DNA of 64,000 nucleotides, from contig CAXXTU010000002.1 in NCBI GenBank assembly GCA_963662655.2, positions 1,024,001 through 1,088,000 on the forward strand, in the 5' to 3' direction. Source of the stretch: Candidatus Cloacimonadales bacterium. GTDB lineage: Bacteria > Cloacimonadota > Cloacimonadia > Cloacimonadales > JAIOQZ01. Made by a program: the position numbers and the translations under genes. Position 1 is the first letter of the stretch. The number at the start of each line of letters is the position of its first letter. Positions 28,481-37,796 of the stretch are shown piece after piece. Below the pieces are notes generated by a model. The model saw nothing but the letters and a program-made list of their open reading frames with translations, did no database searches and had not been told where the DNA came from.

Positions 28481-29719
28481 ATGAAACGATTCATGCTGCT
28501 ACTGCTGATCCTTGCTGTCGCGGGATTCGCAACGCTTTCGGCGAAATCCTTTATGGGGGTATTCACGAGCACGCTCGATGAAGATGATTATGAGGAACTG
28601 GGCGTCAAGGGACAATACGGCATTCTCATCGAAGAGGTGATCGACGATACACCCGCCGACAAAGCTGGCTTCGAAGATGGAGACGTGCTGCTCGAAATGA
28701 ACGGCGACAAAATCTACACAAGCGATCAACTGACCAAGATGCTCACGATGATCGATCCGGGCACGAAGGTTAAATGCCAAATCGTCCGCGACAAGAAAGA
28801 ACAAACTCTCAAACTCGAGATCGGTGAACGCAGCGATTACACTGCCAAGAAGCCTTTCATCGGGATCAACATGAGCAATCTCAAGGCCTCAACGCTGGAG
28901 AAAAAAGGCGTCACAGAAGGCTACGGCATCCTTCTCACCGGCATCGTCGAAGACTCGGCGGCTGAAGAAGCCGGCCTCATGAAAGACGATGTCCTGCTCA
29001 AGATCGATGACAACAAGATATACACGATCGACCAGCTTGGAAAAATCGTCGACCAGATGAAGATCGGACAAAAATCGAAGTTTCAGGTCTACCGCGATGG
29101 CGACCGCAAGACGCTCGATGTTACCATTGGCGAGAAAGAGCTCGGATTCAGTCGCAAGAACCTGTGGTTCAATAACATCCCGAAATCCATCAAGATATTC
29201 AAGGATTTCGACAAGCACCCAAATGCGATCGGATTCACGCTGCAGAGCGAAAACGTGAAAGACGGTAAGGCCGAAAGCGTGACCATCACACGAATCGAGA
29301 AAGATTCCCCGGCGGATAAAGCTGGCCTGAAGGTCGATGACATGATTCTCAGCATCGAAGGCAAGTCCGTGAACGAAATCGACGATATCCACAACGTACT
29401 CGACGACAAGAAGCCCGGCGACATGGTCGAGCTGAAAATCAAGCGTGACGGAACTGAAATGACCCTGAAAGCTGAGGTGAAAACCCGCAAAGATATCTAC
29501 GGCGATGACGATATCCAGATTTTCTACGATGACGGCGAAATGATCATCGAGCGAAACGGTGAGAAGATCGAAGTTGATAGCTCCGAATATATCAAGAAGA
29601 TCCAGGGAATCGAAAACCTCGAAGGTAATCTCAAGAACCTCGAGAAGATTCAGAAATTTGAGAACATAGATTTCGATTTCGACTTTGATTTCGAGTATGT
29701 GGATTCCGGTGTTATATAA
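28481..29719 (+). CDS. Exported protein with three PDZ domains
   Basis: Signal peptide; three PDZ repeats (FMGV/FIGI/AIGF ... PADKAG/AAEEAG ... DVLL/DMIL). Confidence 0.85.
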   Translation: MKRFMLLLLILAVAGFATLSAKSFMGVFTSTLDEDDYEELGVKGQYGILIEEVIDDTPADKAGFEDGDVLLEMNGDKIYTSDQLTKMLTMIDPGTKVKCQIVRDKKEQTLKLEIGERSDYTAKKPFIGINMSNLKASTLEKKGVTEGYGILLTGIVEDSAAEEAGLMKDDVLLKIDDNKIYTIDQLGKIVDQMKIGQKSKFQVYRDGDRKTLDVTIGEKELGFSRKNLWFNNIPKSIKIFKDFDKHPNAIGFTLQSENVKDGKAESVTITRIEKDSPADKAGLKVDDMILSIEGKSVNEIDDIHNVLDDKKPGDMVELKIKRDGTEMTLKAEVKTRKDIYGDDDIQIFYDDGEMIIERNGEKIEVDSSEYIKKIQGIENLEGNLKNLEKIQKFENIDFDFDFDFEYVDSGVI

Positions 29720-29782
29720 CCGCCTGAAGGCTCTTTGGACGGTTGAATAAATCCTCCCTCTCCAAATGCATATCCAAATGAT

Positions 29783-29809
29783 AGCCGGCTCCCCGCCGGC
29801 TTTTTCTTT
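29783..29809 (+). terminator. Intrinsic terminator
   Basis: AGCCGGC-TCCCC-GCCGGCT followed by TTTTCTTT. Confidence 0.75.
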
Positions 29810-29819
29810 GCCCGTACAA

Positions 29820-30094
29820 ATTCGGAAGCAGATTCGCTCGCTCCGACGAGAAGACGTGGTGTTATACGGTTTTTCGTTTGAAGTGCCAAAAATTCTTCTG
29901 GCACTTCAAACGGAAAATCCTCTCTGAGAACAATTTCCGCCTCTACTGATTTTCAAGTTTGTGGTCCATCGAAGCGGAAATTGTATTACACATCGTGAAG
30001 CGCGTGTATGTTTATTTTCCTGAGTGAGAAAATGTCGCGCTGACCGATGTGTTATATCCACGGCGGAGCAAGGTCGGGCGAAGATGCGACGAAT
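29820..30094 (+). repeat. Structured hairpin element, copy 2 (expanded with nested hairpins)
   Basis: Same AGCAGATTCG / GCGAAGATGC ends; about 170-nt multi-hairpin insert. Confidence 0.7.
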
Positions 30095-30126
30095 GCCAAG
30101 GCTTGGAAACGCCTTGCTTCAAGTAC

Positions 30127-32400
30127 CTAGCGGAAATCGCTACCGATCTGCACATACCACTCCATCTTTCCGGAGTCCGAAGTGCCGTCCATTATCATGA
30201 GTTCAACCGGCCCGATGGGCGTTTTCGCCCCGATGCTCAAGCCGTATCCCGCCAGATATCCATCCGCTTTGGTAAACAGGTGGGTGTATTCGTTACACGC
30301 CTTTCCGGCCCCAATACGTCCAGCAAGGAAAATATTCTTCCAAGCCTCGTAGCGGATGCCCATATCGTACGAAAGTGCGCACTTTCCCACCTTGTGCATC
30401 CAATCAAGACCGAGCATGGGAATGAAGCGCGACTCGTGGTAGTGCTGCCCACCCAGGAAGAAATCGAACTCGTCCGGAACCTGATCGCCAACTACGCCCC
30501 CGCTGTATGCGTTGAGCAGGAACGACCATTTCTCCTTGATCGGAAAGATGTTCCTCGTTCGCCCATAGTAACGCTTGAAATGGAACTGCTCATCTTCAGA
30601 ACCAGAGCCATAATCCATTATTCCATAGTATCCACGCGCTTCGATGTAAAACTCGATGCCATCGCGGGGAAAAACCGAACGATCATACGTATCCGCATTG
30701 AGGAATCCAAAGTAATCGATGAAAGACGACTTAATCTCGTCGGGGAAATACTCAACCGTCCTCGCCTTCAAATCCATCTCGGACTGAAACAGCTCGATTC
30801 CCAGTCCCGCAGTAATCCTGTTGTCGTTCACAGTTTGCACCGTAAACTGTTGGCCATACATCTCGTAATCGTAGAACGCGTATCGCTGCCCGTCCTCTCC
30901 ATACAGCCAGATATCAAACGATTCCCCGTTTATGGACCCCTTGAGGCCAAGTCCGGGCTCCCATCCAGGATAATAGAAATATTCCGTGTTCCAGGCGTAG
31001 TTGTCGCTCAGCTTCAGATCGAACGAAAGCCGCGATCCATCCAGCAATAGGTTCTTGAACGACAAATTCAGCATCAATGCCGCCTTCAGATCGCTGTTGT
31101 AATTGACCCCTGCGCGTAATTCACCACTCTTCTTCTCGATCGCCTTGATGATTAGCACCACTCCGTCCTCAGCAGGTGAAAGCCGGTAGTTCACCAGCTC
31201 GAAGTATCTCGTTCCATACAATCGATCGATCGCCTCCTCGATGTCCTTCGTCGTAACCCACGTATCCGGCTCAATCTGGAGACTCGCCAGCACGACCTTC
31301 TCCGATATCTGATCCAGCCCTTCCGAGGTTATCTCCGAGATGTAGATAGCGTCCGGCACCACGAGCTTTTCCTGCTCGGGGGGAGCGGGATACTTCTTCT
31401 GCTCTTCGACAATCGCCTTCAATTCGGAGTATTGCTCGAATACCGCATTGATGCCATGCGCGATCAGCGAATCGGACTTCTGGAAGTCCATGAAATTGTA
31501 TCCCGGTAGCTTGGGCTCGATATAAACATCGACGTATGGCAATTGCTCGTCCAGGCAGTTGATACTGTGAAAGGATATTGTTTGCGCAAGAATATTCAGG
31601 AACGAGTCCAACTCGTCCTCAGTCGCCATGTTGCCGCTCACATCCACGGCGATCACGATATCCGCTCCCATCGCGGAAACGTACTCGGCCGGAAGATTGC
31701 AAGAGAGCCCCCCATCCACCAAGGTTTTCCCGTTCAGCTTGATCGGTATGAACATGGATGGGATCGACATGCTGGCTCGCATCGCGTCGGGAAGGTATCC
31801 CTTGTCCAGGATCACCGGCTTGCCCGATTCAATGTCGGTCGCGATGCATAAAAACGGTATGGGGAGTTGATTGAAATCGCTGATATGGTGCGTCGCGACG
31901 GTTAGTCGAGTCAGGATTTCATATAGCTTTTGCCCGGTGAGGAGTCCCTGCGGAAGCTTGATACCGAAACCTTCGATCGGGAATACAAATGGAAACGCCG
32001 CGTCGATCGATTTTTCTTCGAAAGGAACGCTCGACCGCGGAATTTCGTCGGATAGCGCGGCGTCCCAATCGATGTCGTAGGAGAGTTGCTCGAGCTGGTA
32101 GGGATCATATCCGATGGCGTACAACCCGCCGATGATCGCGCCCATGCTCGTTCCGGTGACATAATCCGGCTTGATTCCTATCTCTTCCAGCGCTTGCAGC
32201 ACGCCGATATGAGCGAGCCCGAGAGCTCCGCCGCCACTCAGTACCAGCCCGATGCGAGGACGGGCGTCATCCTTATCAACCTTTTCCACGTTCCTGAATC
32301 GCTTCAGCAGGCGTATCGGATCTTCCCCGTTCTTCGGAGAGATCGCAACAAGCATTTGCCCAAGAATCAGCAAAAGGATCATCAAACAGCATTTCCGCAT
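30127..32400 (-). CDS. Patatin-like phospholipase with POTRA and BamA/TamA-like barrel (PlpD-type)
   Basis: Signal peptide, SGGGALG, GTSMG, DGG, POTRA-like segment, C-terminal TPIGPVE..Y.QIGSDFR. Confidence 0.88.
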   Translation of the reverse strand: MRKCCLMILLLILGQMLVAISPKNGEDPIRLLKRFRNVEKVDKDDARPRIGLVLSGGGALGLAHIGVLQALEEIGIKPDYVTGTSMGAIIGGLYAIGYDPYQLEQLSYDIDWDAALSDEIPRSSVPFEEKSIDAAFPFVFPIEGFGIKLPQGLLTGQKLYEILTRLTVATHHISDFNQLPIPFLCIATDIESGKPVILDKGYLPDAMRASMSIPSMFIPIKLNGKTLVDGGLSCNLPAEYVSAMGADIVIAVDVSGNMATEDELDSFLNILAQTISFHSINCLDEQLPYVDVYIEPKLPGYNFMDFQKSDSLIAHGINAVFEQYSELKAIVEEQKKYPAPPEQEKLVVPDAIYISEITSEGLDQISEKVVLASLQIEPDTWVTTKDIEEAIDRLYGTRYFELVNYRLSPAEDGVVLIIKAIEKKSGELRAGVNYNSDLKAALMLNLSFKNLLLDGSRLSFDLKLSDNYAWNTEYFYYPGWEPGLGLKGSINGESFDIWLYGEDGQRYAFYDYEMYGQQFTVQTVNDNRITAGLGIELFQSEMDLKARTVEYFPDEIKSSFIDYFGFLNADTYDRSVFPRDGIEFYIEARGYYGIMDYGSGSEDEQFHFKRYYGRTRNIFPIKEKWSFLLNAYSGGVVGDQVPDEFDFFLGGQHYHESRFIPMLGLDWMHKVGKCALSYDMGIRYEAWKNIFLAGRIGAGKACNEYTHLFTKADGYLAGYGLSIGAKTPIGPVELMIMDGTSDSGKMEWYVQIGSDFR

Positions 32401-32402
32401 TC

Positions 32403-34715
32403 TTAGAACCTGTATCCAATATTCACGTATGAAGTTCCGTTTTTATCTACATTACCTGTCATCCAGGTATATTCGACCGGCCCGATCGGCGTATCGGCAC
32501 CCAAAGTAAAACCATAGCCCCATACATAGTGTTTCTTGTACCAGAGATCGTCGTAATCGTCCGTCGCCTTACCCAGACCGGCAGTTACCGTAGCGTATAC
32601 ATCGTCGAGGACTTCATATTGAAATGCCGACATCATCGACATAACGTTCTTTCCATAGCGCTTCATTTCCCCCAACCCAATGAGCGGGACGAACCGGGGA
32701 TCGTTGTTGTACTTGAGCCCACCCAGGAAAAACTGGAACTCGGGATACTGGTACTCCGTGGAGCGGATGAAGCCATAATATCCCCTGAACTGAAGGGCTG
32801 TTCGTTCCCAGAGGGGTATCGCCCGAAAATACCGGAAGAAATAACGCTCGAAATCCTCATTGACCTCTGCCTTTTGCCCGGTGGTTATTTCGGCCTCCAT
32901 CACACCGGTAAAAGATCTGAACTCGGCATAAAGGTTACCGCCTTTTCGCGGGTAGTTCAATTTTTCGAGCGTATCAGTCTCCAGCTTGAGAAAGTAATCG
33001 ACCATCACAGTAGATATCCTCTTACCGTCGACCTCCATGGTCGTCGCTTTCAGCTTCACTTCCGAGGCAAGTAGTTCAGCCCCAGCCCCAATCGACAGGA
33101 AATTGTCCACCAGCGTTTCCGCCATCAGGGATATTCCTCCCTGATAGTAGTCCCAATAAGACTCGCGTTCGTTATCCTTGTTGTACGCCCAGATATCCAT
33201 TTTGCTCTCGAAGTATTTCGCTTCAAAACCCACACCCGGGTGGCGACCCGTCAACAGGTAGTATCGCAAATCCCAACCGTACTGATCGCCGAGTTTAACA
33301 TTGGCCGAAAATTTACTGCCTTCAAGGAGAAGGTTTCTGAATGTACCATTGAACAGGAGAGCAGACTTCGATACGCTATCGTAATGCAAACCTACCTTGA
33401 ATAGGTTCGAGCTCTTCTCTTTCACCTTCACGATGAGCTTCACCCCACCTGCCACAGGCACCAGGCGGTACATCGCCAGGTCGAAATACTGGCTGCCGTA
33501 CAATCTCTCGATGCCCTGCTGAATCTCTTCGGGACGTACCCACCCCTGCTGGGGAATCGTCAGCTTGCTGTAAACCAGATCGCGAGAAACGTTTTTCAGG
33601 CCTTCGATGCCGATATCGAGGATGTACACCGAATCGATCATCGTTTTCGGCTCAGGGAGATCGATCTGGGGATACATCTCCATGTAATCGCTGAGCGCAG
33701 TCAATTCATCAAAGCGATCCATTGCCGCCCTGTAGCCGCTGGCGATCAGCGTGTCGGCGGCATCGAAATCCATGATACTGTAGTTACCGGTCTCGGGGCT
33801 TATATAGATATCCACCAGCCTTTTCTGCTCTGCGGTGCTTCGATAACCGGAGAAGCTTATCGCCTGGCTGAGGATGCTGATGATGCTGTCGAGCTTGTCG
33901 CGCTTGGACGGAGTCCCCGCAACGTTCACCCCGATGATGATATCCGCGCCCATATCCAGCGCGTCGACAACCGGGAAGTTCCTCACCAGACCGCCGTCAA
34001 CCAGCAGCCTTCCCTCTATCTCAAACGGTATGAACATGGAGGGTATCGACATGCTTGCCCGGATCGCGTCGGGGAGATAACCGTGATCCAGCACCACGGC
34101 TTCGCCCGTCTCGATGTCAGTCGCGATACAACGGAACGGAATGGGCAGTTTATTGAAATCGTTGATATGGTGAATCGACATGGTTAGCTGGGAAAGATAC
34201 GCGTAGAAATTCTGCCCCGCCAGCAGTCCCGAAGGCAACGAGATATCCAGGCCGCGGATTGCGAACGAAAGCGGGTATTTATCCACATCGAGCTTCTCTT
34301 CCAGGGCGATCTGATGCCGGGGGATTTTATCCATGAGCAGAGTGTCCCAGTCCTGATGCGCGACCATCTCTTCAATCTGGTCGGCGCTGTAACCAACGGA
34401 ATAGAGGCAGCCCATGATGCTCCCCATGCTGGTTCCCGTGATGTAATCCACCTTGATCCCGGCTTCTTCCAGCACTTTGAGCACACCGATATGCGTTAGA
34501 CCAAGCGCTCCGCCGCCGCTAAGGACCAGGCCGATTCGCGGTTTTCGCCCAAGCGTATCGAGACTCGTATGCTTGAGGTGCTGCAGAATCTCCTTCCCGT
34601 AGTCGGGAAAAAGGAGGCTGTCCGGGATTTCCTCGATCGCGTGAACGATACATGCGACCAGTAAAAGGATAAAAAAGAGAAACATCCTGCTCTTCGCAGG
34701 TGGAAAAATCCGCAT
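32403..34715 (-). CDS. Patatin-like phospholipase with POTRA and BamA/TamA-like barrel (PlpD-type), paralogue
   Basis: SGGGALG, GTSMG, DGG, C-terminal TPIGPVE...YVNIGYRF. Confidence 0.88.
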   Translation of the reverse strand: MRIFPPAKSRMFLFFILLLVACIVHAIEEIPDSLLFPDYGKEILQHLKHTSLDTLGRKPRIGLVLSGGGALGLTHIGVLKVLEEAGIKVDYITGTSMGSIMGCLYSVGYSADQIEEMVAHQDWDTLLMDKIPRHQIALEEKLDVDKYPLSFAIRGLDISLPSGLLAGQNFYAYLSQLTMSIHHINDFNKLPIPFRCIATDIETGEAVVLDHGYLPDAIRASMSIPSMFIPFEIEGRLLVDGGLVRNFPVVDALDMGADIIIGVNVAGTPSKRDKLDSIISILSQAISFSGYRSTAEQKRLVDIYISPETGNYSIMDFDAADTLIASGYRAAMDRFDELTALSDYMEMYPQIDLPEPKTMIDSVYILDIGIEGLKNVSRDLVYSKLTIPQQGWVRPEEIQQGIERLYGSQYFDLAMYRLVPVAGGVKLIVKVKEKSSNLFKVGLHYDSVSKSALLFNGTFRNLLLEGSKFSANVKLGDQYGWDLRYYLLTGRHPGVGFEAKYFESKMDIWAYNKDNERESYWDYYQGGISLMAETLVDNFLSIGAGAELLASEVKLKATTMEVDGKRISTVMVDYFLKLETDTLEKLNYPRKGGNLYAEFRSFTGVMEAEITTGQKAEVNEDFERYFFRYFRAIPLWERTALQFRGYYGFIRSTEYQYPEFQFFLGGLKYNNDPRFVPLIGLGEMKRYGKNVMSMMSAFQYEVLDDVYATVTAGLGKATDDYDDLWYKKHYVWGYGFTLGADTPIGPVEYTWMTGNVDKNGTSYVNIGYRF

Positions 34716-34781
34716 ACGAAACTCCGGGGATAGATTATATCAGGTGACGGTTGGGATACCCTTCACATCATCATACAAAAC

Positions 34782-35429
34782 TTATGGCTCGCGGGGATAG
34801 CGTTCCAGAAAATCAAGCGCCTCTCGAAGTCCTTTGTTGGCTGCGCCTTCAACCAGATCGTACCCCTCGTCTGCTCTTCCGAGCTGAACATAGACGACGC
34901 CAAGCGCGCTTTGGGATTTCAGGTGTTCCGGGCTGACCTTCAGCGCCCTTTCCAGGTGAATCTGCGCTTCCGGCAGATTTCCTTGCTCCAGCGAGATGAG
35001 GCCCAGGCTGTAAAATGTTTCGACGTTGGTGGAGTCTAGCTCTGCGGAACGTTTAAGAGAGCGAACGGCATTCCCGAAATCCTTGCGAAAATAGTACGTG
35101 ACGCCCATGTCGTACCAGGTCTGGTCGTCATCCGGCGTGCTTTCTACCTGATTCTTGAAATGCTCCAGGGCGAGCTCGTAATTTCCCATTTTCTGATAGC
35201 ACAGCCCGATGTTGAACTCGATCCCGGGATGATCAGGGTTGAGCTCTCTCACTTTCTCGAAAGCCTGTATCGATTGCTCGTATGCTCCCGAACCGAACAG
35301 CTCCACCGCCTGGGAAAACAACTGCTTTGCCTCGGCAAGCTTGGGATCTTCCTCACGACGATACGTCTCCTTGGCTGCCAGTGTCCCGGCAAGAATAAGC
35401 AATATCAGAAGCAATGCAATATTCCTCAA
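34782..35429 (-). CDS. Exported TPR protein
   Basis: Probable TTG start at 35429 after AGGA; signal peptide; about 5 TPRs. Confidence 0.8.
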   Translation of the reverse strand: MRNIALLLILLILAGTLAAKETYRREEDPKLAEAKQLFSQAVELFGSGAYEQSIQAFEKVRELNPDHPGIEFNIGLCYQKMGNYELALEHFKNQVESTPDDDQTWYDMGVTYYFRKDFGNAVRSLKRSAELDSTNVETFYSLGLISLEQGNLPEAQIHLERALKVSPEHLKSQSALGVVYVQLGRADEGYDLVEGAANKGLREALDFLERYPREP

Positions 35430-35541
35430 AATGCAATCCTTTACGATTTTTGCCCAGTTTTGAAGATTGTTCAAGTTTGTCAATGAAAGCATTTTCGCTT
35501 GACAGGAAACACACGCCTTTTAAGCATGAATCAATTCACGT

Positions 35542-35617
35542 GGGGCTATAGCTCAGTTGGGAGAGCGCATCGTTCGCAATGATGAGGCCAGGGGTTCGAA
35601 TCCCCTTAGCTCCACCA
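35542..35617 (+). tRNA. tRNA-Ala (anticodon CGC)
   Basis: GGGGCTA acceptor stem with G3:U70, D-loop AGTTGGGA, anticodon loop TTCGCAA, GGTTCGAATCC, encoded CCA; 76 nt. Confidence 0.97.
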
Positions 35618-35696
35618 TATTTTTGTTCACCATCTTCTACAGTGCGCCCATTATCATTGCCTTCAATACGCGTGGGATGAGAACCGTTGCCTTAAG

Positions 35697-35732
35697 TCGA
35701 ATCCCCTTAGCTCCACCATATTTTTGTTCACC
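35697..35732 (+). repeat. 36-bp perfect duplicate of the tRNA-Ala 3' end (att-like)
   Basis: TCGAATCCCCTTAGCTCCACCATATTTTTGTTCACC also at 35596-35631. Confidence 0.92.
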
Positions 35733-35813
35733 TTCTTGTATAGTACACGAATGGATATTCTTCATCGTTTCCACTTCACCTCAATGGAAATAATCGAAAA
35801 ACAAACACTTCAA

Positions 35814-35941
35814 GTCGTTAGCAGATTCGTTTGATCTCCCCACGGAGCCGTATCGTTACACGCCTTTTTATCTCGTGTCCGGTAGTCTCGAAGGCGTGTC
35901 GTTATACGGTGGAGTGGGAGATCGGGCGAAGATGCAACGAC
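35814..35941 (+). repeat. Structured hairpin element, copy 3
   Basis: GTCGTT-A-GCA-GA-TTCG...CGAA-GA-TGC-AACGAC long hairpin. Confidence 0.8.
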
Positions 35942-35947
35942 GGTCGG

Positions 35948-37033
35948 TTACTTCCCAACCATCTCCAGATATAGCTTATAATTGCGTCGCGCCATGTTTT
36001 GCATGCTGTGTTTCGCGGAATCCTGTCGGGCTTTCTCTCCGAGGGTAGTGGCAAACCGTGGATCGTCGAGCAGCGTCTGAATCCCCTTTGCAAGTTCTTG
36101 CGAGTTCTGGCGTGGAACCAAAAGACCGTTATCGCGATCCTGGATCAGTTCGGGAATCCCTCCGGCGTCCGTTGCAACGATGGGAAGTCCCTGCGCCATG
36201 GCATCGATAATGGATGTTCCCAATCCCTCTTTACGCGACGACATCACGAAGATGTCGAACGACTTTAATATGCCGCCAACATCGTTGCGATGCCCGAGGA
36301 ATATGAAGCGATTTCTCAATGGAGCTTTCCCAGCCAGTGCATTAACCTTCTCACGCTCGGGGCCATCGCCAAGCGAAACAAAAATCACATCGGGATTGTT
36401 CTTCAAGATGATCTCCGCTGCACCAATCAGATTCGGGTAATCCTTGTGCCCCGCCAACGCTGCAACGATTCCAACAATCCGTTTGCCTCTCAGATTCTCA
36501 GGCAAGTACGATCGATCCGCCTCACTCGCGGAAAACCGTTCCAGATCCACCCCGCTGTGAATCACCGTCAGCTTCCTCTGCGGAATCCCGCAATCAAGCA
36601 TGACCCGTTCAATTTCCTGCGAGATACATACGATCCGGTCCGCTTTGTTGTATTTCACGCGACTCAGGCCCCCGTGAATGCGAAAATCCACCCTGCGCGA
36701 TGCGATCACCTTGCAATGCGGATAGAACAATCTAGTTAGAAGCGCAACGGATAGCGCGTGTCCGCTATGGGCGTGCAAAATGTTAATCTGATGTTTCCTG
36801 GCAAATAGTGCAAGTCGGTAACCGCTTAAGAAATCCAGCTCATTTCGGTATTGATAGGCACACGAGTTCGCTCTATCGAGCTTCGGTTCCAGGAGTGAAT
36901 CCTTCGGATAGGCGAAATAGCTCCGGTATCCTTGCCTCAGTAATTCCGTGTGGAGATACAACGCTTGCTGCTGTCCGCCCCTGAATCCCTTTTCCGTATC
37001 GATATGGAGAACTACCGGCGGCATTTTTCCCAC
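35948..37033 (-). CDS. GT4 glycosyltransferase
   Basis: RGGQQQ, HAHS, EGLGTSIIDAMAQG, GGIPE. Confidence 0.9.
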   Translation of the reverse strand: MGKMPPVVLHIDTEKGFRGGQQQALYLHTELLRQGYRSYFAYPKDSLLEPKLDRANSCAYQYRNELDFLSGYRLALFARKHQINILHAHSGHALSVALLTRLFYPHCKVIASRRVDFRIHGGLSRVKYNKADRIVCISQEIERVMLDCGIPQRKLTVIHSGVDLERFSASEADRSYLPENLRGKRIVGIVAALAGHKDYPNLIGAAEIILKNNPDVIFVSLGDGPEREKVNALAGKAPLRNRFIFLGHRNDVGGILKSFDIFVMSSRKEGLGTSIIDAMAQGLPIVATDAGGIPELIQDRDNGLLVPRQNSQELAKGIQTLLDDPRFATTLGEKARQDSAKHSMQNMARRNYKLYLEMVGK

Positions 37034-37755
37034 AGCCTGATGTATTTCAGGAAAACACCGAAGGAACTGAGAAGAGCGAGGACAAATCCCTCTTTCCCAT
37101 CCAGAAATCCCTGCTTGACCAGATACATCTTGAAGAATTTTGAAATCCCATGAAAAACGGCCTTGCCTATCGAGCCCCTCTTCCCTCTCTTAAATGCCTC
37201 TTCAGCACCAAGCTTACCGTACAACAGCATTTTATCAAGATGGCTTTGTAGAGTTGGATACGTATAGTGTAAAAAGGGGATATCGATTGTTCCAATTGGA
37301 TCGTCCGTCTCGACGTTCTCGTGGACTTCTTTTTCATTGAAGGCAGCTCTCCTGCGGTCGAAGAGCCGTAGCGTGTAGTCCGTTTGCCAACCGCTGTATC
37401 GGATCAGACGTCCCAAGTAATAGGATCGACGCAAAATTCTATACGCGGAAAATCGAGGATTAACCAGTATCTTCCCGATCTCGTCGCGCAACGCTGGCGT
37501 TATCTCCTCATCCGCGTCCACGACAAGTACCCAGTCATTGACGGCTTGTTCCACCGCGTATTGCTTCGATCGACCGAAACCCATCCACTCGATCGTTTCA
37601 ACGCGACACTGGTGGGATTTCGCAATCTCGATCGTGTTGTCCGTGGAGCCGGTGTCGACAACAACAATCTCGTCCGCCCACTGTAACGACGCAAGACATC
37701 TGGGAAGGTTATTCGCCTCGTTCTTCACGATCATTACAGCGGACAGTTTAGTCAT
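37012..37755 (-). CDS. GT2 glycosyltransferase (KdtX/WaaE-like)
   Basis: IVKNEA, VDTGSTD, VDADE, VHE, GFLDG. Confidence 0.9.
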   Translation of the reverse strand: MTKLSAVMIVKNEANNLPRCLASLQWADEIVVVDTGSTDNTIEIAKSHQCRVETIEWMGFGRSKQYAVEQAVNDWVLVVDADEEITPALRDEIGKILVNPRFSAYRILRRSYYLGRLIRYSGWQTDYTLRLFDRRRAAFNEKEVHENVETDDPIGTIDIPFLHYTYPTLQSHLDKMLLYGKLGAEEAFKRGKRGSIGKAVFHGISKFFKMYLVKQGFLDGKEGFVLALLSSFGVFLKYIRLWEKCRR

Positions 37756-37796
37756 TCTTCTCGCCCATCGACATCAGAAATCTATGATGTTCGATA

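Noticed and set aside
35596..35732. 36-bp repeat as a CRISPR mini-array
   Set aside because: Only two copies, the repeat is the tRNA 3' end, the spacer is 65 nt and there are no cas genes
24768..35941. Hairpin family as canonical integron attC sites, 6S RNA, SRP RNA or simple terminators
   Set aside because: No conserved RYYYAAC/GTTRRRY boxes, no intI or cassette array; three dispersed copies; no SRP loop motifs or 6S central bubble; no U-tracts
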